Below are positions 13,018 to 32,000 of a DNA stretch of 64,000 bases, one piece after another. The first letter of the stretch is position 1, and each line of letters begins with the position of its first letter. The notes beneath the pieces were generated by a model. The model was not told the DNA's origin. It ran no database searches and worked only from the letters and a program-made list of their open reading frames with translations. The DNA comes from Eledone cirrhosa (Eukaryota), in the NCBI GenBank assembly GCA_964016885.1, contig OZ024741.1:221092001-221156000 (forward strand). The letters run 5' to 3'. The translations under genes and the position numbers were made by a program.

Positions 13018-13101
13018 TAATTGTTTCTACGTTAGGCACAAGGCCAGCAATTCACCAGTGTATTACTGGTACTTTATTTTATCGACCCCCGTAAGGATGA
13101 A
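13018..13101 (-). mobile_element. 3' half of a tRNA-derived SINE
   Basis: Reverse complement of the core + tail (ttcatccttacgggggtcgataaaataaagtaccag..ggccttgtgcc..gtagaaacaa). Confidence 0.8.
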
Positions 13102-13119
13102 TATAAATAATAAACAGAA

Positions 13120-14715
13120 TGTTGATAACGATGATGAAAGTGATGATAATACAGATTACGATGACGACGACGTTAGTGACGATGATAAGACTGGTAACTA
13201 TGACGACGATGATGATAGTGACGATGATAAAACTGATAACTATGATAGCAATAGTGTTGATGATAGTGACGATGATAAAATAGATAACTGTGACGATGAT
13301 AGTGACGATGATAAGACTGATAACGATGACGATGATAGTGACGATGATAAAATAGATAACTGTGACGATGATAGTGACGATGATAAGACTGATAACGATG
13401 ACGATGATAGTGACGATGATAAAATAGATAACTGTGACGATGATAAGACTGATAACGATGACGATGATAGTGACGATGATAAAATAGATAACTGTGACGA
13501 TGATAGTGACGATGATAAGACTGATAACGATGACGATGATAGTGACGATGATAAAATAGATAACTGTGACGATGATAAGACTGATAACGATGACGATGAT
13601 AGTGACGATGATAAAATAGATAACTGTGACGATGATAAGACTGATAACGATGACGATGATAAAATAGATAACTATGACGATGATAAGACTGATAACGATG
13701 ACGATGATTGTGCCGATGATAAAATAGATAACTGTGACGATGATAAGACTGATAACGATGACGATGATAAAATAGATAACTATGACGATGATAAGACTGA
13801 TAACGATGACGATGATTGTGACGATGATAAAATAGATAACTGTGACGATGATAAGACTGATAACGATGACGATGATAAAATAGATAACTATGACGATGAT
13901 AAGACTGATAACGATGACGATGATAGTGACGATGATAAAATAGATAACTGTGACGATGATAAGACTGATAACGATGACGATGATAAAATAGATAACTATG
14001 ACGATGATAAGACTGATAACGATGACGATGATTGTGCCGATGATAAAATAGATAACTGTGACGATGATAAGACTGATAACGATGACGATGATAAAATAGA
14101 TAACTATGACGATGATAAGACTGATAACGATGACGATGATAGTGACGATGATAAAATAGATAACTGTGACGATGATAAGACTGATAACGATGACGATGAT
14201 AAAATAGATAACTATGACGATGATAAGACTGATAACGATGACGATGATTGTGCCGATGATAAAATAGATAACTGTGACGATGATAAGACTGATAACGATG
14301 ACGATGATAAAATAGATAACTATGACGATGATAAGACTGAAACGATGACGATGATTGTGACGATGATAAAATAGATAACTGTGACGATGATAAGACTGAT
14401 AACGATGACGATGATAAAATAGATAACTATGACGATGATAAGACTGATAACGATGACGATGATTGTGACGATAACGGCGATGATTGTGACGATAATAAAA
14501 TAAATAAGGATGATAATTGAGGATGATAAGACTGATAACTATGACGATGATAAAATAGATAACGATGATGATGATAGTGACGATGATAAAATAGATAACT
14601 GTGACGATGATAAGACTGATAACGATGACGATGATTGTGACGATGATAAAATAGATAACGATGATGATGATAGTGACGATGATAATAAAACGATGACATT
14701 ATGACGATGATGATG
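13120..14715. repeat. GAT-rich minisatellite (alternating gataagactgataac / gataaaatagataac modules, ~51-69 bp period)
   Basis: Tandem modules are visible. The Asp-rich ORF frameshifts near 14340. Confidence 0.9.
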
Positions 14716-14749
14716 ATAGTAATATGTTTGACAATAACAATAATGATAG

Positions 14750-16050
<1,301 letters not shown>

Positions 16051-16947
16051 CATTGAGTGTAGGCCGGGAGAGGGGTCAAACCCTAACGTACACTTTGCAA
16101 AGAAACAGTCTTCAGCGTTCGTCACAGAGAGAGAGGAGGGGGTAGGAGATGATCGATGATGCTGTTGCTTTTTATTGGAAGGGGAAGGGGTTAGCTGTAT
16201 ATCGTTAACCCCTATTGAAAAGATCTATCATTATAGGCATTTTTTTCAAAATATGTGTGAGAGACCCAGGACAATACAATTTAAGGCGATAGGGTGTGAT
16301 TTGGAGGAGCCTTGCCTACTATTTCTAGCCTGAAAAATGACCGACTAGAGATTCCCTCGATGGCTTCAGTGTATGTTCGTAATCTCGTAAGTTTCCGTTA
16401 TTAAGATTACGAACGAGAGTACATATTCAGTACACCCACTAAATACTTATATAATACTAGTTATATAAATAGTTACTACAACAGCTAATTTACATAAGTT
16501 AACTGTTTAAACCTATTTTTAATGGTTAATTCTAAAATGTTGGTACTTCCGGTAAGTTTTTTGTTACAGTGGAAAGTGCATGTACTGGCGTAGTAAATAC
16601 CTCGGTGGTGTCCGCACATCCCCTTCGTCTCTGGTATAGTGAATATAAACAGTAACATATACCATTCACATTGGACTTCCGGTGACGTAGTCATCACGTG
16701 ACTATAGACATCTATGAGTATCTGATTGCCAGAAACACAATATGATGCGTACGTACATACATACATACATACATACATACATACATACATACATACATAC
16801 ATACATACATACATACAAACATACACATTAACATCCATATATACATACATACAAAATTAGTGAAATTATAAAACGAGAAGAACATACATACATACACACT
16901 TACATACATACATACATACACACTTACATACATACATACATACACAC

Positions 16948-16998
<51 letters not shown>

Positions 16999-17523
16999 CA
17001 TACATACATACATACATACATACAGAATAACATACATACATACATACATACATATATGCATGTATGTATGTAAGCATTAATGTACATATACATACATACA
17101 TACATGTATGTAAGCATGTATGTATGTACATATACATACATGTATGCATGTATATGCATGTATGTATATATGTATATATGCACGTATATGTATGCATGTA
17201 TGTATATGTATGCATGTATGTATACATATGTATGTATACATATGTATGTATATGTATGCATTGTACCTCTGTTTGCTGTCCCCTTGAAATATATATATAT
17301 ATACATATCTAAAAACTTACATACATACATACATGCATACATGCATACTTACTTTTATCTTTATATATATATATGTGTGTGTGTATTTACGAATGTATAT
17401 ATGTATATATAGCTACATGCATACTTGCATACATGCATACATACATAATGTGTGTTTGTGTATATATATATTCATATATATATATATATGATATCAATAA
17501 TATTAATATTAATAACTCATTGG

Positions 17524-17612
<89 letters not shown>

Positions 17613-17637
17613 CATATATAAATAAATATATATATAC

Positions 17638-17671
<34 letters not shown>

Positions 17672-17711
17672 GTTTTACATATATATGTACATACACACAC
17701 ACACACACACA

Positions 17712-17747
<36 letters not shown>

Positions 17748-17866
17748 TTACACATATATATATATACAAACACACATATATTGGTGTACATGTTTAAACA
17801 TACTTTATTAATATAGCTATGATTCATATTTCAATGGCGTTTACCGTATGTATAGATGTATGTATG

Positions 17867-17927
<61 letters not shown>

Positions 17928-17954
17928 GTCTGTATATATGTATGTATGTGTATA

Positions 17955-18021
<67 letters not shown>

Positions 18022-18295
18022 TGTATGTATGTATGTATGTAGGTATATACATATATATATATATATGTATATACATATACATATTTATATGTGTGTGTGT
18101 GTGTGTGCGTATGTGTGTGCGTGTGTGTGTATGTATGTAGGTATCTATGTGTGCATGTATGTATATATGTATGTGTATATATATATATAGGTGTGTGTGC
18201 GTTAGATATCGAAGCATGTAAAGAAGGTGATATCTAAATATAGATCAAAGTATAGATATATGAATTGTAGTTGATAAGAAGATAGTGGTGAATGT

Positions 18296-18995
18296 CGAGT
18301 ACTATAGCTACATATAGTACTGCTGTAGTACTATAGCTACATATAGTACTGCTATAGTACTATTGCTACATATAGTACTGCTATAGTACTATTGCTACAG
18401 ATAGTACAGCTGTAGTACTATAACTACAGATAGTACTGATGTAGTACTATAGCTACATATAGTACTGCTATAGTACTATAGCTACATATAGTACAGCTAT
18501 AGTACTATAGTTACAGATAGTACTGCTGTAGTACTATAGCTACATATAGTACTGCTATAGTACTATAGCTACATATAGTACTGCTAGAGTACTATTGCTA
18601 CATATAGTACTGCTATAGTACTATAGCTACATATAGTACTGCTATAGTACTATAGCTACATATAGTACTGCTAGAGTACTATTGCTACAGATAGTACAGC
18701 TGTAATACTATAGCTACATATAGTACTGCTATAGTACTATTGCTACAGATAGTACAGCTGTAGTACTATAACTACATATAGTACTTCTATAGTACTATTG
18801 CTACAGATAGTACTGATGTAGTACTATAGCAACAGATAGTACTGTTTCAGTACTATTGCTACATATAGTACTGTTATAGTACTATTGCTACAGATATTAC
18901 TGCTGTTGTACTATTGCTACAGATAGTACTGCTATAGTACTATTGCTACAGATAGTACTGCTGTAGTACTATTGCTACAGATAGTACTGCTATAC
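18296..18995. repeat. 29-bp internally palindromic minisatellite (gtactatagctacatatagtactgctata), about 24 units
   Basis: Period 29 (18301, 18330, ...). Each unit has AGTACTATA..TATAGTACT inverted arms. It grades into a related 40-bp repeat at 19100-19320. Confidence 0.9.
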
Positions 18996-19518
18996 TACTC
19001 TAATACCAGAGAATTTTGCTATGCTACTATCACACCATATAGTACTGTAAATAATACCATAGTACTATTATAGCATTACTATGGTATTATCAAACCAGAT
19101 AGTGTTATGGTACTATCACAGCAGATAGTACTGCTATAGTATTACTATGGTACTATCACAGCAGATAGTACTGCTATAGTATTACTATGGTACTATCACA
19201 GTAGATAATACTACTATAGTTTTACTATGGTTCTATCAGAACAGGTAGTATTACTATGGTACTATCACACCAGTTTGTATTGCTATAAATCTACTATGGT
19301 ACTATCACAGTAGATGTAACAGTGTTTATAGTACTATAGTACTATAATTATTGCTGGAGAAATATGCTAGAGTATATATTGCGGTACCAATATCATTAGT
19401 ACAGTATTACAAGTCGATAGTCTTTACATGTAGAGACATACAGTGTGTGTATAAATATGTACATACACATACAAATATTATATATATATACCCAGGGGGT
19501 ATATATATATATATTACC

Positions 19519-19551
19519 TTGAGCTGAACAGTGGCGAAACGCGCGTCACCT
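19519..19551 (+). ncRNA. Partial hammerhead motif (3' half)
   Basis: TGA-GCT..GGC-GAAA-CGCGCG-TC with palindromic stem III ACGCGCGT. The 5' core and stem I are missing next to a (TA)n tract. Confidence 0.4.
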
Positions 19552-19597
19552 ATCAATAAATGCAATGAAGGAATAATCAATCGTCTTTTTTATCCTT

Positions 19598-19645
<48 letters not shown>

Positions 19646-19856
19646 AACACACACAAAGACACACCGACTGAAGCCACGCACCAATTTCTTCCCTTCGGCA
19701 CACACACACACACCGATGACACCCCTGTACTCTCCATTTACCCCACCCCAGACTTGACCTTTCACCTACCTCCCCTTACCTATCTTTCTCCTCCCAACCC
19801 CAACCCTTTCCTTACCTTCACACACTACTCATACTTCTACCTGTTCTCTCCTTATC

Positions 19857-19890
19857 TTTCTGATGAAGGACGTCTGTCTAAAACGTTAAA
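19857..19890 (+). ncRNA. Degenerate minimal hammerhead motif (family of 52065 and 60225)
   Basis: TTT-CTGATGA-A-GGAC-gtct-GTCT-AAAAC-GTT-AAA. G12 is mutated to A. Confidence 0.55.
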
Positions 19891-20821
19891 CCCTCCTCTA
19901 CATAGGAAACAGGACCCACTTATAAATTGAGTGCTGAAACTGGTGAACCAATAGTAACATAAAGTTACACACCAATAAACTATATATATACAAATTTAAA
20001 AAATCTTTAAAATGCAACTTTTACTTCTCAATTACTTCTTAATTCATATTATAACTTACTATAGCATTTTCCTTATATTCTCAGCCATACAAATTTTTAT
20101 TTTTAATATATACTAATATTACCATTAGAGAAATTTTGTAAACATATTCTTTTGACGTTATATATTTTTTCTTCCTTGAATTTCACCTTTCTTCTCTCCT
20201 TCCGTGCTCGTATTAAATCTATTATTTACTTTTTCCAATTACAATATATATAAATAAACTTGGACCCTAATTAATTCCTCTAAGTTCATAATTCTTTAAC
20301 CTTATCTTCATTCACCTTATCTTCTTAATATATTTTATTTTAATAATACATTTTAATAAATTCCTTTTCGCACATATTATTAAACCCTTCAATATATAAA
20401 CCTTAAATAAATAGTACTCTTAATTCCTTTTTCTTTAATCATAAGCATCACAATTCATAAACCTCATTAACTTTTAATTTCTTAATTCTTTTTAAATTAT
20501 GTATTAACTTACAACGGTTTTTTTTTATTTCTCTATGAGACAGTGTTTCTCAGTATTAAAGGTTATCTCTCTCTCTCTCTCTCTCACTCATTTTCTCCTT
20601 CTCTCTCATCCTCCCTTCTTATACTCCTCCTCCGTCATCCTTTCCTTATTTTTTTTTTTTTTAATTATATTCTTTCTTCCTCTTCCTTACCCTTTCCTCC
20701 CCCCCCCCCTTCCTTTCCTTTTTTCCCAATCTCATATATCCATCTTATTTTATTTTTCATATGTTGATTTAACACTTCATTGCTCGCAAGTGTTTTTTAA
20801 GCTTCATATCATGTCTCTCTA

Positions 20822-20888
20822 TTTTATCTGATGAGAACGCAAATCTCATCCCATAATGATATTTGTTTTTGAAATGCGCATAATAAAA
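20822..20888 (+). ncRNA. Type I hammerhead ribozyme motif near the 3' end of a ~1 kb AT-rich Penelope-derived fragment (19990-21010)
   Basis: TTTTAT-CTGATGA-GAAcGCAAATcTCAT..ATGAtATTTGTtTTT-GAAA-TGCGCA-TA-ATAAAA, with a perfect palindromic stem III ATGCGCAT. Confidence 0.85.
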
Positions 20889-21006
20889 TACATGGAACTC
20901 TTTTAACTATCTTTTGATTTTATATTATTTATACTCCAGTCCTATAATTAGTTGAGTGCTACTTATTCGATATTTGCATTGCTTTATTGTGGTACAATAA
21001 AACTCA

Positions 21007-21078
<72 letters not shown>

Positions 21079-21270
21079 TATATATATATACACACATACA
21101 TATATACACACACACACTTATTTATATACATATATTGCATATGTGTCCGTTTTGCTAGTATTCAGCTAAATATATGAATGTATGTATGCGTGTCTGTATG
21201 TATGTAAGTATATGTATGTATGCGTCTCTGTATGTATGTGTGTAAGTATGTAAGTATATAAGTATATATC

Positions 21271-21372
<102 letters not shown>

Positions 21373-21815
21373 TATGAATGTATGTATAGAAACAGTGATC
21401 TCCATTATGTCCGATTAAGGCCTATAAGAACTGACTTCGTCCCTCAGGCTCCCTATATAACAAACAATAACCTCCATCAATATTTCCTTACCTCCACCAT
21501 TCTCAAAAGAAACCTCTCAACCCTCTTGAATAAAGATGTTCCACCTCTCCCTTTCCCATACGAGACTTCCCCACGAGACTTCCTCCACACCGGGCACAAA
21601 AGCTGCCATGTTTCTACTTACAAAAGCCGTACATGTAGCTATAAAAACGTTGTGTATATTGGCATAGATTCAAACATATATAGACTACTATCGATACAAA
21701 CTGCAAATTTAGAAGTGAGTGTATAAATAAATAAGTACCTATCGACATAATAATACCCTTCACACAAACGTGTGTGTGCATATAGACACACACACATATA
21801 TATATATACATACAC

Positions 21816-21868
<53 letters not shown>

Positions 21869-21875
21869 CACACAG

Positions 21876-21940
<65 letters not shown>

Positions 21941-21992
21941 TATATACATATATATATAATTTACATGTCTGTATATTTACACATACTCACGT

Positions 21993-22093
<101 letters not shown>

Positions 22094-23063
22094 TTTATAC
22101 ATATATAGTGTATGTAATTCATTGAAATACTGCTGTGGTACCAAAATAACTACTCGATACACAGGCAGAGAGTATATATTAAGAAAAACGATGTAGTTTC
22201 CTTTACATGCATTTAGTTGTTCTTATTATATATTATATACACATGACACTTTCCTCTTAGGTATATAAACATGGCCAATAGTTAAACGACTAAAATGAAA
22301 ACGGAAGGGATATAAGTAAAGGACTTTTTTTCTTAAATTTGTAAATATATTTATACATAAAATAAATGGCTGAACGTCGATGACCGGAAGTTGGTGTAAT
22401 GATCGTGGAGGATGTCATTAATAACGAAAATCTGATTCGGAAATATTTGGGGGTTTTAACAAAAGTAAAAATAAAAAAATTAGTAAAACGATAAATCAAA
22501 CAGAAATTTTAATTATTCGAATGTTTTTATTTTTGTAAAATAATTTTTAACATAATATTATTTTCTTCTTGATTTTATTATCGGCCATCTAAAACGAAAA
22601 CGTCCCTATATATTTGTGTGTGTTACTTTATATCTGTATGCATGTAAATATATATATATATATTTGTGTGTGTGTGTGTGTGCATGTATGTATGTGCATG
22701 TATGTATGTATGTGTATGTATATATGTGCATATATGTATGTATGTATGTACGTAGATAGTATGTTGTTTACGTTTGTAAGTAGACATGTATGTACCAACG
22801 TGCAGGAGAGTGTTATATATATATATATGTATATATATACATACATATATGCATACATACATTCATGCATACGTACACACATACGTTAGTACATACATAT
22901 ATGCCTACATACATGCATACATACATGCATGCATACATACGTACACACATACGTATGTACGTACATGCATATATACATACATACACGCATACATACATGC
23001 ATACATATATGCATATATACAGACACCGAGACACTTACAAATACATACACATACAGAGAGCTA

Positions 23064-26000
23064 GACAATCTCGCACACATACAGACACACACTCTCTGAC
23101 ACACATATATAAACCTGACACTCTCGCACACATACATACACACACTCTCTGACACACATATATAAACCTGACACTCTCGCATACATACATACACACAATC
23201 TCTGACACACATATATAAACCGGACACTCTCGCACACATACATACACACACTCTCTGACACATATATATAAACCGGACACTCTCGCACACATACATACAC
23301 ACACTCTCTGACACACATATATAAACCTGACACTCTCGCACACATACATACACACAATCTCTGACACACATATATAAACCGGACACTCTCGCACACATAC
23401 ATACACACAATCTCTGACACACATATATAAACCTGACACTCTCGCATACATACATACACACAATCTCTGACACACATATATAAACGGGACACTCTCGCAC
23501 ACCTACATACACACACTCTCTGACACACATATATAAACCTGACACTCTCGCACACATACATACACACACTCTCTGACACACATATATAAACCGGACACTC
23601 TCGCACACATACATACACACACTCTCTGACACACATATATAAACCGGACACTCTCGCACACATACATACACACACTCTCTGACACACATATATAAACCGG
23701 ACACTCTCGCACACATATATACACACACTCTCTGACACATATATAAACCTGACACTCTCGCACACATACATACACACACTCTCTGACACACATATATAAA
23801 CCTGACACTCTCGCACACATACATACACACACTCTCTGACACACATATATAAACGGGACACTCTCGCACACCTACATACACACACTCTCTGACACACATA
23901 TATAAACCTGACACTCTCGCACACATACATACACACACTCTCTGGCACACATATATACACCTGACACTCTCGCACACATACATACACACACTCTCTGACA
24001 CACATATATAAACCTGACACTCTCGCACACATACATACACACACTCTCTGACACACATATAAAAACCTGACACTCTCGCACACATACATACACACACTCT
24101 CTGACACACATATATACACCTGACACTCTCGCACACATACATACACACACTCTCTGACACACATATATACACCTGACACTCTCGCACACATACATACACA
24201 CACTCTCTGACACACATATATAAACCGGACACTATCGCACACATACATACACACATATATAAACCGGAACTCTCGCACACATACATACACAGTCTCTCTG
24301 ACACACATATATAAACCTGACACTCTCGCACACCTACATACACACACTCTCTGACACACATATATACACCTGACACTCTCGCACACATACATACACACAT
24401 TCTCTGACACACATATATAAACCGGACACTGTCGCACACATACATACACACACTCTCTGACACACATATATAAACCGGAACTCTCGCACACATACATACA
24501 CACACTCTCTGACACACATATATAAACCAGACACTGTCGCACACATACATACACACACTCTCTGACACACATATATAAACCTGACACTCTCGCACACATA
24601 CATACACACACTCTCTGACACACATATATAAACCAGACACTGTCGCACACATACATACACACACTCTCTGACACACATATATAAACCTGATACTCTCGCA
24701 CACATACATACACACACTCTCTGACACACATATATAAACCGGACACTCTCGCACGCATACATACACACACTCTCTGACACACATATATAAACCGGACACT
24801 CTCGCACACATACATACACACACTCTCTGACACACATATATAAACCTGACACTCTCGCACACATACATACACACACTCTCTGACACACATATATAAACCT
24901 GCCACTCTCGCACACATACATACACACACTCTCTGACACACATATATAAACCGGACACTCTCGCATACATACATACACACAATCTCTGACACACATATAT
25001 AAACCTGATACTCTCGCACACATACATACACACACTCTCTGACACACATATATAAACCGGACACTCTCGCACACATACATACACACACTCTCTGACACAC
25101 ATATATAAACCGGACACTCTCGCACACATACATACACACACTCTCTGACACACATATATAAACCTGACACTCTCGCACACATACATACACACACTCTCTG
25201 ACACACATATATAAACCTGCCACTCTCGCACACATACATACACACACTCTCTGACACACATATATAAACCGGACACTCTCGCATACATACATACACACAA
25301 TCTCTGACACACATATATACACCTGACACTCTCGCACACATATATACACACACTCTCTGACACACATATATAAACCTGACACTCTCGCACACATACATAC
25401 ACACACTCTCTGACACATATATAAACCTGACACTCTCGCATACATACATACACACACTCTCTGACACACATATATAAACCTGCCACTCTCGCACACATAC
25501 ATACACACACTCTCTGACACACATATATAAACCGGACACTCTCGCATACATACATACACACAATCTCTGACACATATATAAACCTGCCACTCTCGCACAC
25601 ATACATACACACACTCTCTGACACACATATATAAACCTGACACTCTCGCACACATACATACACACACTCTCTGACACACATATATAAACCGGACACTCTC
25701 GCACACATACATACACACACTCTCTGACACACATATATAAACCGGACACTCTCGCACACATACATACACACACTCTCTGACACACATATATAAACCTGAC
25801 ACTCTCGCACACATACATACACACACTCTCTGACACACATATATAAACCTGACACTCTCGCACACATACATACACACACTCTCTGACACATATATAAACC
25901 TGACACTCTCGCACACATACATACACACACTCTCTGACACACATATATAAACCGGACACTCTCGCACACATACATATACACACTCTCTGACACACATATA

Positions 26001-29000
26001 TAAACCTGACACTCTCGCACACATACATACACACTCTCTGACACACATATATAAACCTGACACTCTCGCACACATACATACACACACTCTCTGACACACA
26101 TATATAAACCTGACACTCTCGCATACATACATACACACACTCTCTGACACACATATATAAACCGGACACTCTCGCATACATACACACACTCTCTGACACA
26201 CATATATAAACCTGACACTCTCGCATACATACATACATACACACACTCTCTGACACATATATAAACCTGACACTCTCGCACACATACATACACACACTCT
26301 CTGACACACATATATAAACCGGACACTCTCGCACACATACATACACACACTCTCTGACACACATATATAAACCTGACACTCTCGCACACATACATACACA
26401 CTCTCTGACACACATATATAAACCTGACACTCTCGCACACATACATACACACACTCTCTGACACACATATATAAACCTGACACTCTCGCATACATACATA
26501 CACACACTCTCTGACACACATATATAAACCGGACACTCTCGCATACATACATACACACACTCTCTGACACACATATATAAACCTGACACTCTCGCATACA
26601 TACATACATACACACACTCTCTGACACATATATAAACCTGACACTCTCGCACACATACATACACACACTCTCTGACACACATATATAAACCGGACACTCT
26701 CGCACACATATATACACACACTCTCTGACACACATATATAAACCTGCCACTCTCGCACACATACACACACACACTCTCTGACACACATATATAAGCCTGA
26801 CACTCTCGCACACATACATACACACACTCTCTGACACACATATATAAACCTGACACTCTCGCACACATACATACACCCACTCTCTGACACACATATATAA
26901 ACCTGACACTCTCGCACACTTACATACACACACTCTCTGACACACATATATAAACCTGACACTCTCGCACACATACATACACACAATCTCTGACACACAT
27001 ATATAAACCTGACACTCTCGCACACCTACATACACCCACTCTCTGACACACATATATAAACCTGACACTCTCGCACACTTACATACACACACTCTCTGAC
27101 ACACATATATAAACCTGACACTCTCGCACACATACATACACACACTCTCTGACACACATATATAAACTGGACACTCTCGCACACCTACATACACACACTC
27201 GCTGACACACATATATAAACCGGACACTCTCGCACACCTACATACACACACTCTCTGACACACATATATAAACCGGACACTCTCGCACACCTACATACAC
27301 ACACTCTCTGACACACATATATACACATGACACTCTCGCACACATACATACACACACTCTCTGACACACATATATAAACCTGACACTCTCGCACACATAC
27401 ATACACACACTCTCTGACACACATATATACACCGGACACTCTCGCACACATACATACACACACTCTCTGACACACATATATAAACCTGCCACTCTCGCAC
27501 ACATACATACACACACTCTCTGACACACATATATAAACCTGCCACTCTCGCACACATACATACACACACACTCTGACACACATATATAAACCTGCCACTC
27601 TCGCACACATACATACACACACTCTCTGACACACATATATACACCGGACACTCTCGCACACATACATACACACAGTCTCTGACACACATATATAAACCTG
27701 ACACTCTCGCACACATACATACACACACTCTCTGACACACATATATAAACCGGACACTCTCGCACACATACATACACACACTCTCGCACACATACATACA
27801 CACACTCTCTGACACACATATATAAACCTGACACTCTCGCACACATACATACACACACTCTCTGACACACATATATAGACCTGACACTCTCGCACACATA
27901 CATACACACACTCTCTGACACACATATATAAACCGGACACTCTCGCACACATACATACACACACTCTCGCACACATACATACACACACTCTCTGACACAC
28001 ATATATAAACCTGCCACTCTCGCACATATACATACACACACTCTCTGACACACATATATACACCTGACACTCTCGCACACATACATACACACACTCTCTG
28101 ACACACATATATAAACCTGACACTCTCGCACACCTACATACACACACTCTCTGACACATATATAAACCTGCCACTCTCGCACACCTACATACACACACTC
28201 TCTGACACACATATATAAACCTGCCACTCTCGCACACCTACATACACACACTCTCTGACACATATATAAACCGGACACTCTCGCCCACATACATACACAC
28301 ACTCTCTGACACACATATATAAACCTGACACTCTCGCACACATACATACACACACTCTCTGACACACATATATACACCTAACACTCTCGCACACATACAT
28401 ACACACACTCTCTGACATACATATATACACCTGACACTCTCGCACACATACATACACACACTCTCTGACACACATATATAAACCTGACACTCTCGCACAC
28501 ATACATACACACACTCTCTGACACACATATATAAACCGGACACTCTCGCACACATACATACACCCACTCTCTGACACATATATAAGCCTGACACTCACGC
28601 ACACATACATACACACACTCTCTGACACACATATATAAACCGGACACTCTCGCACACATACACACACACGCTCTCTGACACACATATATAAACCTCACAC
28701 TCTCGCACACATACACACACACGCTCTCTGACACACATATATAAACCTGACACTCTCGCGCACATACATACACACACTCTCTGTCACATATATAAGCCTG
28801 ACACTCTCGCACACATACATACAGACACTCTCTGACACACATATATACACCTGACACTCTCGCACACATACATACACTCACTCTCTGACACACATATATA
28901 CACCTGACACTCTCGCATACATACATACACCCACTCTCTGACACACATATATACACCTGACACTCTCGCACACATACATACACTCACTCTCTGACACATA

Positions 29001-32000
29001 TATAAACCGGACACTCTCGCACACATACATACACACACTCTCTGACACACATATATAAACCTGACACTCTCGCACACATACATACACACAGTCTCTGACA
29101 CACATATATAAACCGGACACTCTCGCACACATACATACACACACTCTCTGACACACATATATAAACCTGACACTCTCGCACACATACATACACACACTCT
29201 CTGACACACATATATAAACCTGACACTCTCGCATACATACATACACACAATCTCTGACACACATATATAAACCGGACACTCTCGCACACATACATACACA
29301 CACTCTCTGACACATATATATAAACCGGACACTCTCGCACACATACATACACACACTCTCTGACACACATATATAAACCTGACACTCTCGCACACATACA
29401 TACACACAATCTCTGACACACATATATAAACCGGACACTCTCGCACACATACATACACACAATCTCTGACACACATATATAAACCTGACACTCTCGCATA
29501 CATACATACACACAATCTCTGACACACATATATAAACGGGACACTCTCGCACACCTACATACACACACTCTCTGACACACATATATAAACCTGACACTCT
29601 CGCACACATACATACACACACTCTCTGACACACATATATAAACCGGACACTCTCGCACACATACATACACACACTCTCTGACACACATATATAAACCGGA
29701 CACTCTCGCACACATACATACACACACTCTCTGACACACATATATAAACCGGACACTCTCGCACACATATATACACACACTCTCTGACACATATATAAAC
29801 CTGACACTCTCGCACACATACATACACACACTCTCTGACGCACATATATAAACCTGACACTCTCGCACACATACATACACACACTCTCTGACACACATAT
29901 ATAAACGGGACACTCTCGCACACCTACATACACACACTCTCTGACACACATATATAAACCTGACACTCTCGCACACATACATACACACACTCTCTGGCAC
30001 ACATATATACACCTGACACTCTCGCACACATACATACACACACTCTCTGACACACATATATAAACCTGACACTCTCGCACACATACATACACACACTCTC
30101 TGACACACATATAAAAACCTGACACTCTCGCACACATACATACACACACTCTCTGACACACATATATACACCTGACACTCTCGCACACATACATACACAC
30201 ACTCTCTGACACACATATATACACCTGACACTCTCGCACACATACATACACACACTCTCTGACACACATATATAAACCGGACACTATCGCACACATACAT
30301 ACACACATATATAAACCGGAACTCTCGCACACATACATACACAGTCTCTCTGACACACATATATAAACCTGACACTCTCGCACACCTACATACACACACT
30401 CTCTGACACACATATATACACCTGACACTCTCGCACACATACATACACACATTCTCTGACACACATATATAAACCGGACACTGTCGCACACATACATACA
30501 CACACTCTCTGACACACATATATAAACCGGAACTCTCGCACACATACATACACACACTCTCTGACACACATATATAAACCAGACACTGTCGCACACATAC
30601 ATACACACACTCTCTGACACACATATATAAACCTGACACTCTCGCACACATACATACACACACTCTCTGACACACATATATAAACCAGACACTGTCGCAC
30701 ACATACATACACACACTCTCTGACACACATATATAAACCTGATACTCTCGCACACATACATACACACACTCTCTGACACACATATATAAACCGGACACTC
30801 TCGCACACATACATACACACACTCTCTGACACACATATATAAACCGGACACTCTCGCACACATACATACACACACTCTCTGACACACATATATAAACCTG
30901 ACACTCTCGCACACATACATACACACACTCTCTGACACACATATATAAACCTGCCACTCTCGCACACATACATACACACACTCTCTGACACACATATATA
31001 AACCGGACACTCTCGCATACATACATACACACAATCTCTGACACACATATATAAACCTGATACTCTCGCACACATACATACACACACTCTCTGACACACA
31101 TATATAAACCGGACACTCTCGCACACATACATACACACACTCTCTGACACACATATATAAACCGGACACTCTCGCACACATACATACACACACTCTCTGA
31201 CACACATATATAAACCTGACACTCTCGCACACATACATACACACACTCTCTGACACACATATATAAACCTGCCACTCTCGCACACATACATACACACACT
31301 CTCTGACACACATATATAAACCGGACACTCTCGCATACATACATACACACAATCTCTGACACACATATATACACCTGACACTCTCGCACACATATATACA
31401 CACACTCTCTGACACACATATATAAACCTGACACTCTCGCACACATACATACACACACTCTCTGACACATATATAAACCTGACACTCTCGCATACATACA
31501 TACACACACTCTCTGACACACATATATAAACCTGCCACTCTCGCACACATACATACACACACTCTCTGACACACATATATAAACCGGACACTCTCGCATA
31601 CATACATACACACAATCTCTGACACATATATAAACCTGCCACTCTCGCACACATACATACACACACTCTCTGACACACATATATAAACCTGACACTCTCG
31701 CACACATACATACACACACTCTCTGACACACATATATAAACCGGACACTCTCGCACACATACATACACACACTCTCTGACACACATATATAAACCGGACA
31801 CTCTCGCACACATACATACACACACTCTCTGACACACATATATAAACCTGACACTCTCGCACACATACATACACACACTCTCTGACACACATATATAAAC
31901 CTGACACTCTCGCACACATACATACACACACTCTCTGACACATATATAAACCTGACACTCTCGCACACATACATACACACACTCTCTGACACACATATAT

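Noticed and set aside
13058-14374. 438-aa Asp-rich ORF resembling acidic biomineral proteins
   Set aside because: It starts inside an antisense SINE, has no signal peptide, is a pure GAT minisatellite and frameshifts near 14340.
22140-22610. Possible DNA transposon remnant
   Set aside because: Matching terminal inverted repeats could not be established by eye.
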